The position numbers were made by a program, and so were the translations under genes. From the human T2T-CHM13v2.0 reference genome, Homo sapiens, in NCBI RefSeq assembly GCF_009914755.1, contig NC_060928.1: DNA of 64,000 nucleotides. One strand, given 5' to 3'. How positions within the stretch are numbered: position 1 is the first letter of the stretch; every line of letters begins with the position of its first letter. Positions 15,490 to 29,769 of this stretch are shown here, piece by piece. Under the pieces are notes generated by a model. That model was not told the origin of the DNA, did no database searches, and worked only from the letters and a program-made list of their open reading frames with translations.

Positions 15490-16640
15490 AATTCTTGTTT
15501 TAAAAGCAAAAGAATGAGAATGTATATATCATTCGGTTTGCAACATATATAGAGATAATATATAACAATAATTGCACAAAGGGGGGAAGAGGGAATAGAC
15601 TTATATAGGAGTAATATTTCTATATTTCACTAGAGCTAATTTAATATAAACTTGAAGTAAATTCTGATAAGTTAAAATGTATACTGGAAGCCCTAGAGCA
15701 ACCACTAAGAAAATAACTAAAAAAAGTGGAAAAATCTTTTAAAGGAATTAAAATGTTATACTAGAGAAAATATTCAATTAGCACTACACTTATCAGCAAC
15801 ATAATACACATTCTCCTCAAATGTACATGGAATATTCTCCAAGACAGACCATGTGCTAGGCCATATAACAAGCCTCAGTGAATTTAAGAGGATTGAAATC
15901 ATGCAAAGCATGTTCTCTGATCATGATGGATGGAAATTAAAAAATTATTGACAGAAAGAAATTTGGGAAATTCACAAGTATATGGAAATTGACACACTTC
16001 TAATCAGTGGGTCAAAGAAGAAATCACAAGGAAAATGAGAATTTACTTTGAGATAAATGAGAATGAAGACAAAATATATCCAGACTTATGAGACACAGTG
16101 AAAGCATTGTTTAAAGGGAAATATATAGTTGTGAACACATATGTTAAAAAAAGAAGAAAGAGCTCAAAGCAGTAACCTAAGCTTCTACTTTAACACACTG
16201 GAAAAAGAAGAGCAAACAAAGCAGGCAGAAAGAAAACAATAAAGATTAGAGCAGAAATTAATGAAATAGAAAATTAAAAAAATGGAGAAAATAGGTGAAA
16301 TAAAAAGTTGGTTCTTTGACAAGATTCACAAACCTTTAGCTAGGCTGAGAAAAAAAGAGGGAAGTCTCAAATTACTAAAATGAGAAATGAAAGAGGAGGA
16401 TATTACTATCAACCTTACAGAAATAAAAACAATTAGGACCATGAGCAACTATATGCCAAAGGATGACTTAGATGAAATAGACAAATTCTAGAAAGACACA
16501 AACTTATGAAATGGAAGATCTAAATAAATTTATATCAAAATAAGATTAAAATAGAAATTAAAAGAACTACTCACAAAGAAAAGCCCAGACCCAGATGGCC
16601 TCACTGGTGAATTCTATCAAACATTTAGGCACTAGTTAAA
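15490..16640 (+). mobile_element. Old L1M (L1MC/MD-like) host element, 5' part: inter-ORF region plus decayed ORF2
   Basis: ccctagagcaaccactaagaaaat, cacattctcctcaaatgtacatggaatattctccaagacagaccat; breaks off at ggtgaattctatcaaacattta. Confidence 0.85.
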
Positions 16641-19600
16641 AAGTGATGTCAGCAAAATGGTGGAATAGGAAGACCCAGGCCCTTATTCCCTCACAGAGAA
16701 ACCCACTTAACAAAAATTTATGACCAAACTGCTTTTGTAAGAACTTCAGAAACTTTGTAAGAACACCAGTTAAGAGGTTGTAGCACAAAGCCAAGAAGAG
16801 ACATATTGAAGTGTGCAGGAAAATTGGTGGCATTATTACCTGCTCTAGCCATGTCCCCTCCCCAACACAGTGTGGCAAGATCCAGAGAAAACTCCAACTA
16901 CTGACTTTTACTTTGTGAGGGAAAGAAAAGAGTGAATTGCTTGCTTCACATTACTTCTTATGTTCTGTCTGCTTATTGGGAAAAGAGGAATAAAGTAGCT
17001 GTAAGACACACAGAAAACAACAAAATGGAAATAGTAAGTCCTTCCACCTCAGTAATTATTTTAAATGTGGATGGATTAAACACTCCAGTCAAAAGATATA
17101 AACTGGCTAAATAGATTAAAAAGAAGATCCAAGCATATACTGTCTAAAAGACACTCACTTTCGATCTAAGAACATGCATAAGCTGAAAGTCAAAAGATGG
17201 AAAAATATATCCTATGCAAATGGTAACTAAAAGAAAGCAGAGGTGGTTGTACTTATATTTAAAAATTAGACTTTAAGATAAAGAGACAAAAAAGGACACG
17301 AGATAAGGAATGACATTAATGATAAAAGGGTCAATTCACTAGTAAGATATAAATATTATATATAATACATGCATGTAAAAATTATATATATGTGTATATA
17401 TATATATGCATGTAACATCAGAGTCCCCAAATATATGAAACAAACATTGACAGAATTACAGAGGGAAATAGACAGCTGCACAATAATAGTAGGAGACTTC
17501 AATGCCCTACTTAAATAGTGGATAAAAATATCAGACAGAAGATAAAGAAGGAAACAGGATTTGAACAACACTGTAAACCAATTGGACCTGACAGACATAT
17601 ACCAAATACTCCACCCAGCAATGGCAGGATATACGGTTCTCCTCAAGGGCACATGGAACATTCTCCAGGATAGACCACTTGTTAGGTCACAAAACAAAGT
17701 TTAACACATTTACAAAAATTGAAAGCACACAAATAATTTTTTTCTAACTGCAATGGAATGAAACTAGAAATAAATAGCAGAAGGAAAAGTGGAAAAAATT
17801 ATGAATACATACAAATTAAACAACACATTCTTGGGCCAAAGAAGAAATCACAAGGGAATTTAGAAAATATCTGGAGACAAGTGAAAATGAAAGCACAATA
17901 TACCCAAACTTATGAGGTGCAGTGAAAGCAGTACTAAGAGGGAATTTTATAGCTGTAAACACTTAGGTTAAAAAAGAAAATCTTGAAGCAACAACCTAAC
18001 TATACATCTTCAGGAACTAGACAAAGAAGAATGAACTAAACTCAAAGTTAGCAGAAGGAAGGAAATGATAAAGATCAGAGCAAAAATCAATGAAATAAAG
18101 AATAGAAAAACCAATGAAACCAAGACTTGGTTTTTTAAAACAACAGCAATAATATTGATTGACCATTAGCTGGATTAACTAAGAAAAAAGAGAGATGACT
18201 CAAATAACTAAAATCAGAAATGAGAGAGGCGACATTACACCTTATGCCACAGAAATAAAAAAGAGCATACCACAAACAATTATACACCAACAAACTGGAT
18301 GACCTAGAGGACCTAGATACATTCTTAGAAACATATAGCCTATCAAGGCTGAATCATGAAGAAATAAAAAAAAATCTGAACAGACTTGCCTCAAGTAAGG
18401 AGATCAAAACTGTAATGATAATTGAAAAATCTTAAAGAAAAACCCAGGACCAGATGGCTTCACTCTAGTGGTCTACCAAACATGTAAAGAAGAATTAACA
18501 TCAGTCCTCCTTGAACTCCTAAAAACCTGAAGATCCAGGAACATTTTCAAACTAATTTTATGAGGCCAGTGTTGCCCTAATACCAAAACTAGACAAAGAT
18601 ACTTCAAGAAAACTAGAGGCCAGTATCCCTGATGACTGTTGATGCAAAAATCTTTAACAAAATACTAGCAAAAAGCATTAAACAGCACATGGTAAGGATT
18701 GTATAACATGACCAAGTGTGACTTATTCCTAGAATGCAATGATACTTCACCATATGAAAGTCAGTCAGTGTAATATACCACATTAACAGAATGAAGGACA
18801 AAACCCACAGCGTCATCTCAATTGATACAGAAAAGGCGCTTGACAAATTCCACACCCTTTCATGATAAAAGCACTCAACAAACTAGAAATATAAAGAAAC
18901 AACTACAACATATTAAAGGCCTTATATGAAAAGCCCGCAGCTAACATCTTACTCAATGGTGAAAGACTAAAAGCTTTTTCTCTGAAATCAGGAACAAGGC
19001 AAGGATGCCCACTTAGAGGTCCTAGCCAGAGCAATTAGGCAAGAGAAAGAAATAGAAAGCATTTAAATTGGATAGAAAGAAGTTAAATTGTGTCTGTTTG
19101 TAGACAACATAATCATATATATAGAAAACCCTAAAGATGTCACCAAAAAACTGTTAGAACTAACAAGCGAGTTCAGTAAAGTTACAGGATACAAAGTCAA
19201 CGCACATAAGTAATTTCTATATATTAACTATGAACAATTCGAAAAGGAAATTTTAAAAAGTTCTTTATAATAGCATCAAAAAGAATAAAATACTTAGGAA
19301 TAAACTTAACTGAGGAGGTGAAAGACTTGTGCACTGAAAACTACAAAACATTGAAAGAAATGAAAGAAGAACAAATAGAAAGACATTCCGTGTTCATGGA
19401 TTGAAAAACTTATTTTCATTAAAATGGCCATATTACTCAAAAGCAATCTACAGATTCCATGCAATTTGTAACAAAATCCCAATGGCATTTTTTGGGCAGA
19501 AATAGAAAAAAAATCCCAAAATTTATATGAAATCTCAAGGGACTCTGAATAGCTGAAATAATATTGAAAAAGAAGGAAAAAGTTGGAGAGCTCACATTTC

Positions 19601-21003
19601 CTTAAAACATATTACAAAGCTATAGTAATAAAAAACAGTGTGGGACTAGCATAAAGACCAATGAAACAGAATAAGAAACAGAATGAAACAGAAATGAACC
19701 GTTGTATTATGGTCAAATGATCTTTGACAAGGGTGCCAAGACTACACAATAGGAAAGGACGGTTTCATCAACAAATGGTAATGGTAAAACTGGATATCCA
19801 CATGCAAAAGAATGAAGTTGAACCCTTACTTTACACCGTATAAAAAAATTAACTCAAAATGTATCAAAGACCTAAACATGAGATCTGAAACTACAAAACT
19901 CCTAGAAGAAAACATGGAGGAAAACTTCATAGCAATGGATTTTGTAATAATTTCTTGGATATGACACCAGAAGCGTAGGGAAAAATAAGACAGATGGGAG
20001 TACATCAAACTTAACAACTTAGGCGTATCAAATGAAATAATCAACAAGATGAAAGGGCAACCTACAGAATGGGAGAAAATATTTATGAGTCATATATCTG
20101 ATAGGGGGTAGTATCCAGAATATATAAAAAGTTCTGTAACTCACCACCAACCAAAAACCCAAATAATCTAACTTAAAAATAAACAAAGTACTTGAATATT
20201 TCTATGAAGAAGACTTACAAAGGACCAAAAAATATATGAAAAGATTAGAGAAGTACAAATCAAAACCACAATGAGATATTATCTCATATTCATTAGGGTG
20301 GCCACTATCCAAAAAACAGAAAAAATTAGTGTTGGTGAGAATGTGGAAATACTGGAACCTTTGTGTCTTGTTTATGGGAATGTAAAGTGGTGCAGCTATT
20401 ATGGAAAACAGCATGGAGGTTTCCCAAGAAATTAAACATAGGTTTAGTACATTATCCAGCAATCCCACTTCTGGGTATATATCTAAAAGAATTTAAAGCA
20501 CGATCTTGAACAGATATTTGTACACCCATGTTCATTGCAGCATCATTCACAATAGCCAAGAGGTTGAAGCAACCTAGATTGTCCATTGATGGATGAATGG
20601 ATAAGAGAGTATGTTATATATATACAATGGAATGGAATGTTATTCAACCTTAAAAAAAAGAAGGAAATCTTGTCATATGCTACAACACGGATGATCTTTG
20701 AGGGTATTATGCGAAGTGAAGTAAGCCAGTCACAAAAAGACAAACTGTAGGATTCCACTCATGTAAGGGATCTAAAATAGTCAAACTTAAAGAAACAGAG
20801 GGTAAAATGATGGTTTCCAGGAGCTAGGTGGTAGGGAAAATGGGGAGTTGTTCGGTGGTTACTGAGTTTCAGTTTTGCAAAATGTAAATGTTTTAGAGAT
20901 CTGTTGCATAACAATGTGAATATAGTTACCACTAGTGATTTGTATGCTTAAAAATCATTAAGACGTTAAATTTTATTTATGTGTTCTTTATCAATTTAAA
21001 AAA
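16641..21003 (+). mobile_element. L1MB-like element nested in the older L1: 5' end, ORF1 apparently deleted, decayed ORF2, complete 3' UTR
   Basis: 5' end gtgatgtcagcaaaatggtggaatagg; endonuclease start (...IILNVDGLNTPVKR) at ~17025; RT-region remnants; 3' UTR atctaaaatagtcaaact...gtttcagttttgcaa...caatttaaaaaa. Confidence 0.9.
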
Positions 21004-22578
21004 TGAATAATTAATACAGATTCTTCACAGACTCTTTCAAAAATTAGAAGAGGAGGAAATACATCTCAACTCATTCTATGAAGCCAGTGTTATTCTGATT
21101 CCAAAACTAAACAAAGACACCACGGGAAAACTCTACACTAACATCTACTATGAATATGGGCTCCCCAGTTCTCAATAAAACACTAGCAAATGAAATCTAG
21201 AATAAATAGAAAGGATTATACACTATGATCAAGTGGGATATATCAAACTAGGATTGTAAAGCTGGTTTAAAGTCTGAAAATCAATTAATGTAATACATCA
21301 TATCAAGATAAAGGAAAACATCATGATTATCAACAGCATACTCAACAAATTAGAAATAGAGGGGAACTTCCTAGCAATCTGATAAAGGGCATCTATGAAA
21401 AAGTCAGAGCTAACATTATACTTAATAGTGAAGAATGTTTTTCACTAAGATAAGGAAGAAGGTAAGATATCTTCTCTCCTCAATTCTATTCAAGATGGTA
21501 CTTAGTTCTAGCCAGGGCAATTCAATAAGAAAATGAAATAAATGCATTTATATTAAAAGTAAAATAATCAGTATTTGTAGATGACATGCTCTTGTATGTA
21601 AAAAACTAAGGAATGCACTAAAATTGTTAGAATGAATGAGTCTAGTAAGGTTGCAGATACAAGATTAATGTACAAAAATCAATTTACAATAACATCAAAA
21701 GAATAAAATATGAATAAATTTTTACAAAAGAAGTGCAAAACTTGTGCTGCAAAAACTATAAAACATTGTTTAAATTAAAGAAGACCTAAATAAAAGGGAA
21801 AACACCCAATGTTCATAGACCAGAAGACTTAATATTGTTAATATAGGAATACTCCACAAATCGATCTACAGTTTCAATGCTTTTCTATAAAACTCCTATC
21901 TGGCCTATTTGTTGAAATAGATAAGCTGACTCTAAAATTCATATGGAAATGCAGTGGACCCAGAATAGTCAAAACAAACTTGAAGAAACAAGTTGGAGGA
22001 CTCACCGTACCTGGTTTCAAAACTTTCTACAAAGCTACAGTAATCAAAGCAGTGTGGTGCAGGATAGACATACAGACCAGTGGAACAGAATTGAAAATCC
22101 AGAAATAAACTCATATATCCATGGTCAATTAATTTTCAACAAGATTTCAAGACCACTCAGTGGGAGAAAGAATAGTCTTTTTAACAAATGGTGCTGAGAC
22201 AATTGGATATCCATGTGCAAAATAATAAGGCTGAATCCACACCTCATGCCATATACAAAAATTAACTCAAAATGGACCAAAGACCTAAATGTAAGAGCTA
22301 AAACTATAAAACTCTTAGAAGAAATCATAGGAGTAAATCCTTGTAGCCTTGACAGTGTTTTCTTAGATATGACACCAAAAGCATGAACAACAACAAATGA
22401 AAAAATTGATAAATTGGAAATTATCAAAATTAAAAACTTTTGCCTTCAAGGGACAACAGCAGGAACTTGAAAAGACAATTCACAGAATGGTAGGAAAGTT
22501 TTGCAAATCATATATCTGATAAGATACTTGTACACAGAATAAACAACTCCTACAACTCAATAATAAAAAGATAAATAC
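21004..22578 (+). mobile_element. Old L1M host element, continuation of decayed ORF2
   Basis: Resumes at the L1 ORF2 position where the 5' part stopped (aataattaatacagattcttcacagactctttcaaaaattagaagaggagg); DRHTDQWNRIENPEIN remnant. Confidence 0.88.
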
Positions 22579-23414
22579 ACCCTGCTGCTCACCCTTAACA
22601 GTGAGCGGTAGGGGTTACTATGCAATCTGATAAATTAACAGTGATTTGCAGGGGTTACTGTGGCAATGGATAAGAAGGAAACCTAACTGAGCTGGGGAAA
22701 GGAAGTGTTGGATGGTAATATTGTGAGACAGAACAGAAAGGTTTCTTAAGGGAGGCGATGCCTAAGCTAAGACTTTGAGAATAGATAGGAGTTAGCCCAT
22801 GGGGGAGTCAGGAAAAGGCATTGCATTTAATGGAACCACGTGTGCAAAGACTTGGAATGGGAACAGAGTATGTTGCTTCTAGCTAACGACAAGTATATGA
22901 CCTGCCCTGAGGATAAGAGATGTTTTGAGTTAGGCTAAGTACAGCTCTTTCTTTACAGCATTGTTGTAGATTTCATTGGCCAGATTTTAAGCCCAACCTG
23001 CCTAGAAGACAGACTAGCATTTATTCTCCTGTACAAAGAATGAGAGCTTAAAATTACTTAAATGGGCCAGTATGATTGTTAAAAGCTTACTCTCAAAAGG
23101 GTACAAAGATTTTACAATACACCTTTGGGTATCTCCCCTGTTTGGCAGTTTACCTTCTCTTTTTGGAAATCAGTGATTGATAGAATTCTTGTGTTTTAAA
23201 GAACTTTTTAGAAAAGAACATTATCTCACCCTCAGCACAATGGGAAATGGAACCAAGGAAAATGCCCCAAAGCCAAGAGAGGAGCTGAGCTTGAGGCTAA
23301 GAACTCTGAAGGGAGACTTGGCTAGGTTATATGCAATTTTCTGCAAGCCCTGTCTTGTAAATAACTAATGGCATATTTGAAAATAACTCAGGAAAACAAA
23401 TTACCTAAATAGGA

Positions 23415-23417
<3 letters not shown>

Positions 23418-23453
<36 letters not shown>

Positions 23454-23468
23454 AGAGAGAGAGAGAGA
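23418..23468. repeat. Compound (GT)n(GA)n microsatellite
   Basis: About 15 GT units, then a GA run, directly visible. Confidence 0.95.
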
Positions 23469-23778
23469 ATTGGAGAATTGTAGGTAGAATGTTTATCTGT
23501 CTGGATCTTTAAAAGTTGGAAATATGAGCCCAGACATTTTTGTAGGAAGATAATTCTGCACAGTGGCATAATTCCAGACACTGGCTTTCTAATCAAATCC
23601 TATAGGAGAATTGATATCCTGAATACACATTCTCCCTGGCAGCAGCATGCTTTTTATCAAAACTGCTAAAAAAAAAAAAAGGCCATTATATTTTGTAATT
23701 CTGATTTATTTACTATCTGTGGGGAGTAGAGTTATCGTTCCAACATCTGAACTAGAATGTGTGTCTCTTGCTTCCCAG

Positions 23779-23858
23779 CTTTGTGTGGTGTCTCTGGCAT
23801 TATTCAGAACTCTCATTGGTTTACATTGTGAAGATGTGATGTTACAGCTAGTTCTAAG
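23779..23858 (+). CDS. FHIP1A: FHIP1A coding exon (80 nt, phase 0 to 2): LCVVSLALFRTLIGLHCEDVMLQLVL(R)
   Basis: Acceptor tctcttgcttcccag| and donor AAG|gtgagt; frame continuous with both flanking exons. Confidence 0.95.
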
Positions 23859-25144
23859 GTGAGTTGCCTTTTTTGTTTCCTTTAAAGAAAAATTCACTTT
23901 ATACTTTATATTACTTTATATTCATATACTTTGTTATTTATATACTTTATATTACTTTGGTTGTATAAGCTAAAAAGGCGCCAAGCATCTAAGGAAGAAA
24001 ATTATCACGAACATTAATTTATTTTTTGCATTGTTTCCCAAGGTTAATTTTATTTGTACTATTAAAAGTTTTTAGAGGGCCATATGCATTATATTGTAAA
24101 TATGCTCCTGGAAATTATAGATAGAATGCTTGAAAATGTTCAGAAGTATTATAAAAGCTATTCTGGTCTGTGGCTGAATGTCTTTCTCCTGAAGTGCATT
24201 TATAGGGGACTTTTGCTATTAAAAGCAAGTGTTCCAAATATAAAGTGCTTTTGATATATAATTTCTATGATTTTTGCTTTGATAATGATACACACAGTGT
24301 ATTCTCTCTGATCTGTGAGTATATTTCAGTTAAATTCAGTAAAAATTTGATGAGTATTTGCTGTGAACTGAAAGGTAGCAAAGGTTTGTCCTTTGGACGG
24401 AAGTACAGGTGGGAAAGGTTTTATGAAGTGGCTGGGATTTGAGGACGAGTATTAGGAGTCAAAGTGCACAGCTATTAAGAAGACATTCATTTGGCAGTTT
24501 AATAGGGGACTCAGGAACACCAAATCTTGCCTTGGCCCAGCAATCCCTCTTCTTCTCTGGAACGCTGTGAGAAGCATCTGTTTTTGTGAAGGAAAGCAAT
24601 GATGCTTCCTTATTAGCTCATGATTTAGCCCCGAATCTCTGCACAGAACTCTAGAAACTCCTGGTTAGACCATGGTGTACATCTTTCCTTCTTTTTGGTA
24701 AACCCAGATCCTGAATCTTGGAGTTGACTACTCTGGTGAAACCCTACCCCAGCACTGCAAGAAGCGGACCCAGAGAGAATGTGGCCCCAAAGCTGAGAGA
24801 GGAGCGAAGGGCTAGGGCTGAGAGGAGCTCCGAGTTGCGAGGGTTTGTGCTCTTACATGCTCTTCTGGTGGTGTGGAAGCAAAAACGAAAAAGTGGGACT
24901 ACCAGGGTCCTCCAGCATGCGCTCCCTGCTCCTCCTTCCTTAGTGGACTTCCTGACCCTTCATTTGACCAGTCCTGGGGAATAAGGGTGGGTGGAGCTGA
25001 GAGTGGGGGAAGAGGGAGGAGACCTGGTCTTCCCCTAGTCCACATTGGGGTTTTGACATGATTTGAGTAGAGGTTACTGAGAAGAAGACATTCCAGGTGG
25101 ATGCACTAGCATTTCCAAATAGGTAGCTCTGGAAAAGCCAGGGG

Positions 25145-25298
25145 TGTCAAAGTGTGATGCTGGAAACTAGTTAGAAATGCAAATTCTTGGTCTCCTCTCG
25201 GACCTACTGAATCAGAAACTCTGGGGTTAGGGCCCAGCAAGCCATGTTTTAACAAATTCCGGGGGATTCTGATGCACTACTAAGTTTGAGAACCACTT
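25145..25298. mobile_element. MER5A hAT DNA transposon (MITE)
   Basis: gttagaaatgcaaattct...cctactgaatcagaaactctgggg...gattctgatgcactactaagtttgagaaccact. Confidence 0.85.
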
Positions 25299-26532
25299 TG
25301 AGGAGTGATGCCGTGCAGGCATAACATCTTGCAAAAGAGAGTGATTACAAAATGAGTGTGAAAAAGCTGGTAGTGGCCTATTGTGGAGGGCCTTACAGAA
25401 TTGTCAGGAGAGTATCACCTATTAGTTTTTCAAGTTTAAAAGAGCTTTTGAACTTTTTACAGTTTTAGATTAGGTCATCAGTAGCTAATCTTAAGGATTA
25501 GCAGAAAACAAATCCAATCTTAAAGAAACACCCTGGGTAGTCTGGGTAGAACATTAGTTATCTTTCCTAAAAGGATTATGTTAGCTCCTCATCAAGCCTC
25601 TACTGATATATGACAGAATGCATTAGCAAGGCCTGAATGAAATCCAGAACAACTTGGCAAAGCCGTTTTTAGTGCCAAAAAAACCAGGCTTTTACTCCAA
25701 AGTGGGTAAAGCCTGATGGTATTTAAATGTTAAATTCTTAAATACTGCTTCTTTGATGGTAGGAAAACCAGCTGTCTTTTTCAGTGTACTTGGAAGCCTG
25801 GCCTTGATCTGGAGGTGCAGAGCCTCCCAGCTCTGGGTCACCAAGTCAGATTTAGTCTAGGTGATGGAAGCTCTTGCTTGCTGGCTGTTCAGTGGCCTTT
25901 AGAAGGTGAGTGCTGATCACCCTTTTACTGCTCATATAGTGGTGTTTGTTGTGTTACAAAAGTGTCCGCAGAGATGGCATCGGTAATGGCTTCTCTGGAG
26001 ACCCAGACTTGCCCCTTATAAAGATGAAGAGATCAGCTCATGGTTGAAATACATAAATGTTCAAGTCAGGGATAGTCATTTCTAGGGTGGGTGAGGATAA
26101 ATATACCAGGAAAGTGCCTGAATGTTATGTTATCACAAGTTCTGAATGGAATAATGGAAAAAAAAAAATGCCAGACCTGACGTTAGGAGATGGGCTTGAC
26201 TGCCTGGTCCTAGACTCTCTGGGCCCATGTTTCTTTAATGAGGATGATAGTGATAATAATAATAATATAGTTGCTCTTAATTGAATACTTCCTCTGTTTC
26301 TAATTCTGCTGTGCTGCTTGAGGGATTCCACCAGGAGAGAAACTGAGAGGACATACACAGAAGTCAGTTGGGCACATAATAGGCATGCAAGAAACCACTG
26401 GCTCCTGGTATCCTTCTTCTGCACTGCTGATGTGACTCAGCATGTTTTGGTTTTGGAGTATGCCACCTCATAAGATTATTGGGAGGATCAACTGTGGTGA
26501 TGTTTGTGAAAATGTTTTGAAATGCTGTAAAG

Positions 26533-26749
26533 CAAGGTTGTGTAACCTGTGGCCTGCGGGCCGCATGTGGCCCAGGACAGCTTTGAATGGGGCCCAATGC
26601 AAATTTGTAAACATTCTTAAAACATTATGAGATTTTTTTGCAATTTTTTTTTCTTTTAGCTATCATTAGTGCTAGTGTATTTTATGTGTGGCCCAAGACA
26701 ATTATTCTTCCAGTGTGGCCCAGGGAAGCCAAAAAATTAGACACCCCTG
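26533..26749. mobile_element. MER30 hAT-Charlie element with 8-bp target-site duplication
   Basis: gcctgcgggccgcatgtggcccaggacagctttgaat...gggaagccaaaaaattagacacccctg; flanked by ctgtaaag and ctataaag. Confidence 0.88.
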
Positions 26750-27557
26750 CTATAAAGTATAACACACATTTTAAGGGAGGGAATTTTCTAGAAAGGACAT
26801 TTTAAACTAATGAAAATAATTCTTTTCAGATTTAGAATCTGTGCAAAAAGCAAAGCCAATAAAAAAATCTTTATTCTTCAAGTCATTTAAACATTATTTT
26901 AAGGGACATAAAAAATAGATTTATAATCTGTCCTTTTTGTTTGTTGCTGCCACTGCAGTCATTTGAATATACATGATAAACTTGCAGATCTGAGAGGCAG
27001 TAGAGCTGTGAAGATTATGTGACTGCGTTTAATGAAGGTATTTGTTATGTGATAAATAAATAATGACTGTATGTCAATTTTTATTACAACCCAAATACTC
27101 ATAAATACCAACATTTCAAAATGATGATCCATTTGTAACGGATACTAGTTTCTTTCATTTGGTGAAATATCAGAAAAGTAAGTTGAAATAAGGTACCCCC
27201 AAAGACAGGATATTTTAGTGAGCAGAAAACCAAGGAGAAATTGTCCACCTCCACGGATATGACATATGATAGGCCAAAGGCAGGCAGGAAATGCTGACAA
27301 GCAGTGAGGTAACAAATCTCTGCCATGTGCCTGGAACCTCCCAGTTGAGACAAAATTTAATTGCTTAATACATTGAATACTATTTCTGAATATTCTTTTT
27401 AGAGAGTTTTTTTCAGAAGTACTGGTCCATTGTCAGGTTTATGAACTGTCTTGCCTGTTGTGTTCAGATAGAGGTTGTTTTGCCTGAAGAGAAGCTGTGT
27501 GTATACTTCAGGAACATTTTCATCTTGCATAGGAGCTAGGGGTTTGGAGGAAAGGAA

Positions 27558-27590
27558 AACAACAACAACAACAACAACAACAACAAAAAC
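27558..27590. repeat. (AAC)n microsatellite
   Basis: About 9 AAC units. Confidence 0.95.
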
Positions 27591-27949
27591 CCTGTAAAGC
27601 CTGCCAGCCTAGGGGAAAATGAATAGGAGAAATATGGCCAGAACTTCTTTGAATCACAAATGATCTTTTTGAATTCACTAACATTGCTTTGTAGATGTTT
27701 GTCTATTGGTGCATTGTTGGGGTTATCATCCCAGAAGAAGCACTTCACTTAGCTCATCGTACTTCACTGCCTTGTTTTGCTTGTGTTTATGGTCAGTGTA
27801 GCATAGGGCAATATGTATGCTTTGTTATCAATTGATTGTCACAGAATTATTTTAGAAGTGATGATGGTTTAATTTAATGACCGATATCCAAGAAAATAAG
27901 AAACAGGCCCAGGGTTATAAAGGGTTGGGGAAATAGTGAAAATCAGGGA

Positions 27950-28047
27950 GGACAATATGTATGATATATATATATCATATATCATATTTTGGACAATATG
28001 TATAATATATATGATACATATTTTATTTATATATTATATATATATTT
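27950..28047. repeat. TA-rich low-complexity tract with duplicated ggacaatatgtat unit
   Basis: ggacaatatgtat at ~27950 and 27991, each followed by (TA)n. Confidence 0.8.
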
Positions 28048-28411
28048 TTCTTTTTTTCCTTCTGTGTTGGGGGATGGCTTTGCAAAATCTGGACCTCTGA
28101 AGTCAGATATTTATTAGTCTCTGATTATTTTTATAGTTTCATGAATTTAAATTCTCAAACAAAATACATATAGTATAAATGAAAAGATAGTTTGATGATA
28201 AATACCTATACTAAATTCATAAGTGATTTTTCTACTATTGACAGCCAATTCATTTTCATATTTGAAATGTGGGGATATTCTGGCATTCATTCTATTTCTA
28301 ATCTTTTCCTGTGAGTGATGAAAAGACAGAGACAGAGGAGCACAGTCTGTTTTTCTATTCTTTCTTCTGGGATGATCCTTCATTTTAAAGATACAGCAGA
28401 ACCACTGCTTT

Positions 28412-28836
28412 TTTCTTTTCTTTTGAAAATTGATGTATAATAGTTGCACATATTTTTGGGGTACACATGATATTTTGATGCATGCGTGCACTGTGTAATA
28501 ATCAAATCGGGATCATTAGGATATCTATCATGTCAAGCATTTATCATTTCTTTGTGTTGGAAACATTACAATTATTTTCTTCTAGCTATTTTGAAATATA
28601 CAATAAATTATTGTCAACTGTAATTTCTCTACTGTACTATTAAATACTAGCACTCTATCTAGCTGTATTTTTGTACCCCTTAACTAACTTCTTCCCCCTT
28701 CCCTTCCCAGCCTCTGTAACCACCATTCTACTCTTTACTTCCATGAGATTCACTTTTGTAGCTCCCGCGTATGAGTGAGAACATGTGATATTTGTCTTTT
28801 TGTGCCTGGCTTATTTCACTTAACATAATAACCTCT
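28412..28836 (-). mobile_element. L1MA-type 3' end, 5'-truncated
   Basis: ggggtacacatgatattttga...atttatcatttctttgtgttggaaacatt...atgagtgagaacatgtgatatttgtctttttgtgcctggcttatttcacttaacataat; possible TSD agaaccac on both sides. Confidence 0.88.
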
Positions 28837-29443
28837 GAGAACCACCATTCAGAATACTGGCGGGCTATTCATTTGAATAGACTCCCCATTTCCAGTTTCG
28901 TAGACTCTCTTTCAACCAATAGGGGATCTCCCTTGATTTGATTTATTCAGAAGAAAATTTTTAGTTTCTACTGAAAGCATGTGTTTGTAAAGTTGCAAAT
29001 TCCCAATAAGTCTTTATTCTAATATAGTTTCAAGCTACCCACTGGTGATATTTGATAAATAGCTTTATTAGCTTTGATCCAGTGTTCCATTTTTAATACT
29101 TCAAACAAAGAATAAAAATCTATGAATATCAACTTAAATCATGAAATATGCTTAGTTTGAGCTGTAAGCAGTCATTGCTGTTCCAGCAGTATATAAAAGC
29201 ATTGAAGCAGTTTATTTCTTAAATAATTAATGACCAAAATAAGGATACCATAAATCCTGTGTAATCCGAATTTCTCTAGGCCTCACCAGCCTATAGGAAG
29301 AGTTCACATCAATGGCTACAGGACAGATTTTCCCAGCTCTCACCCCAGCCACCTCATAGAAAACCTTGGGCCCAACCCCCAAACCCCCCACCCAACACAA
29401 AAAGTATCACTTATCACTTCTAGGGATCACCAAGTGAGAAATC

Positions 29444-29769
<326 letters not shown>

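Noticed and set aside
16636-22427. Cluster of 60-113 aa ORFs, some with endonuclease or RT-like peptides
   Set aside because: Decayed L1 ORF2 remnants or their antisense frames, broken by stops and frameshifts; no intact retroelement.
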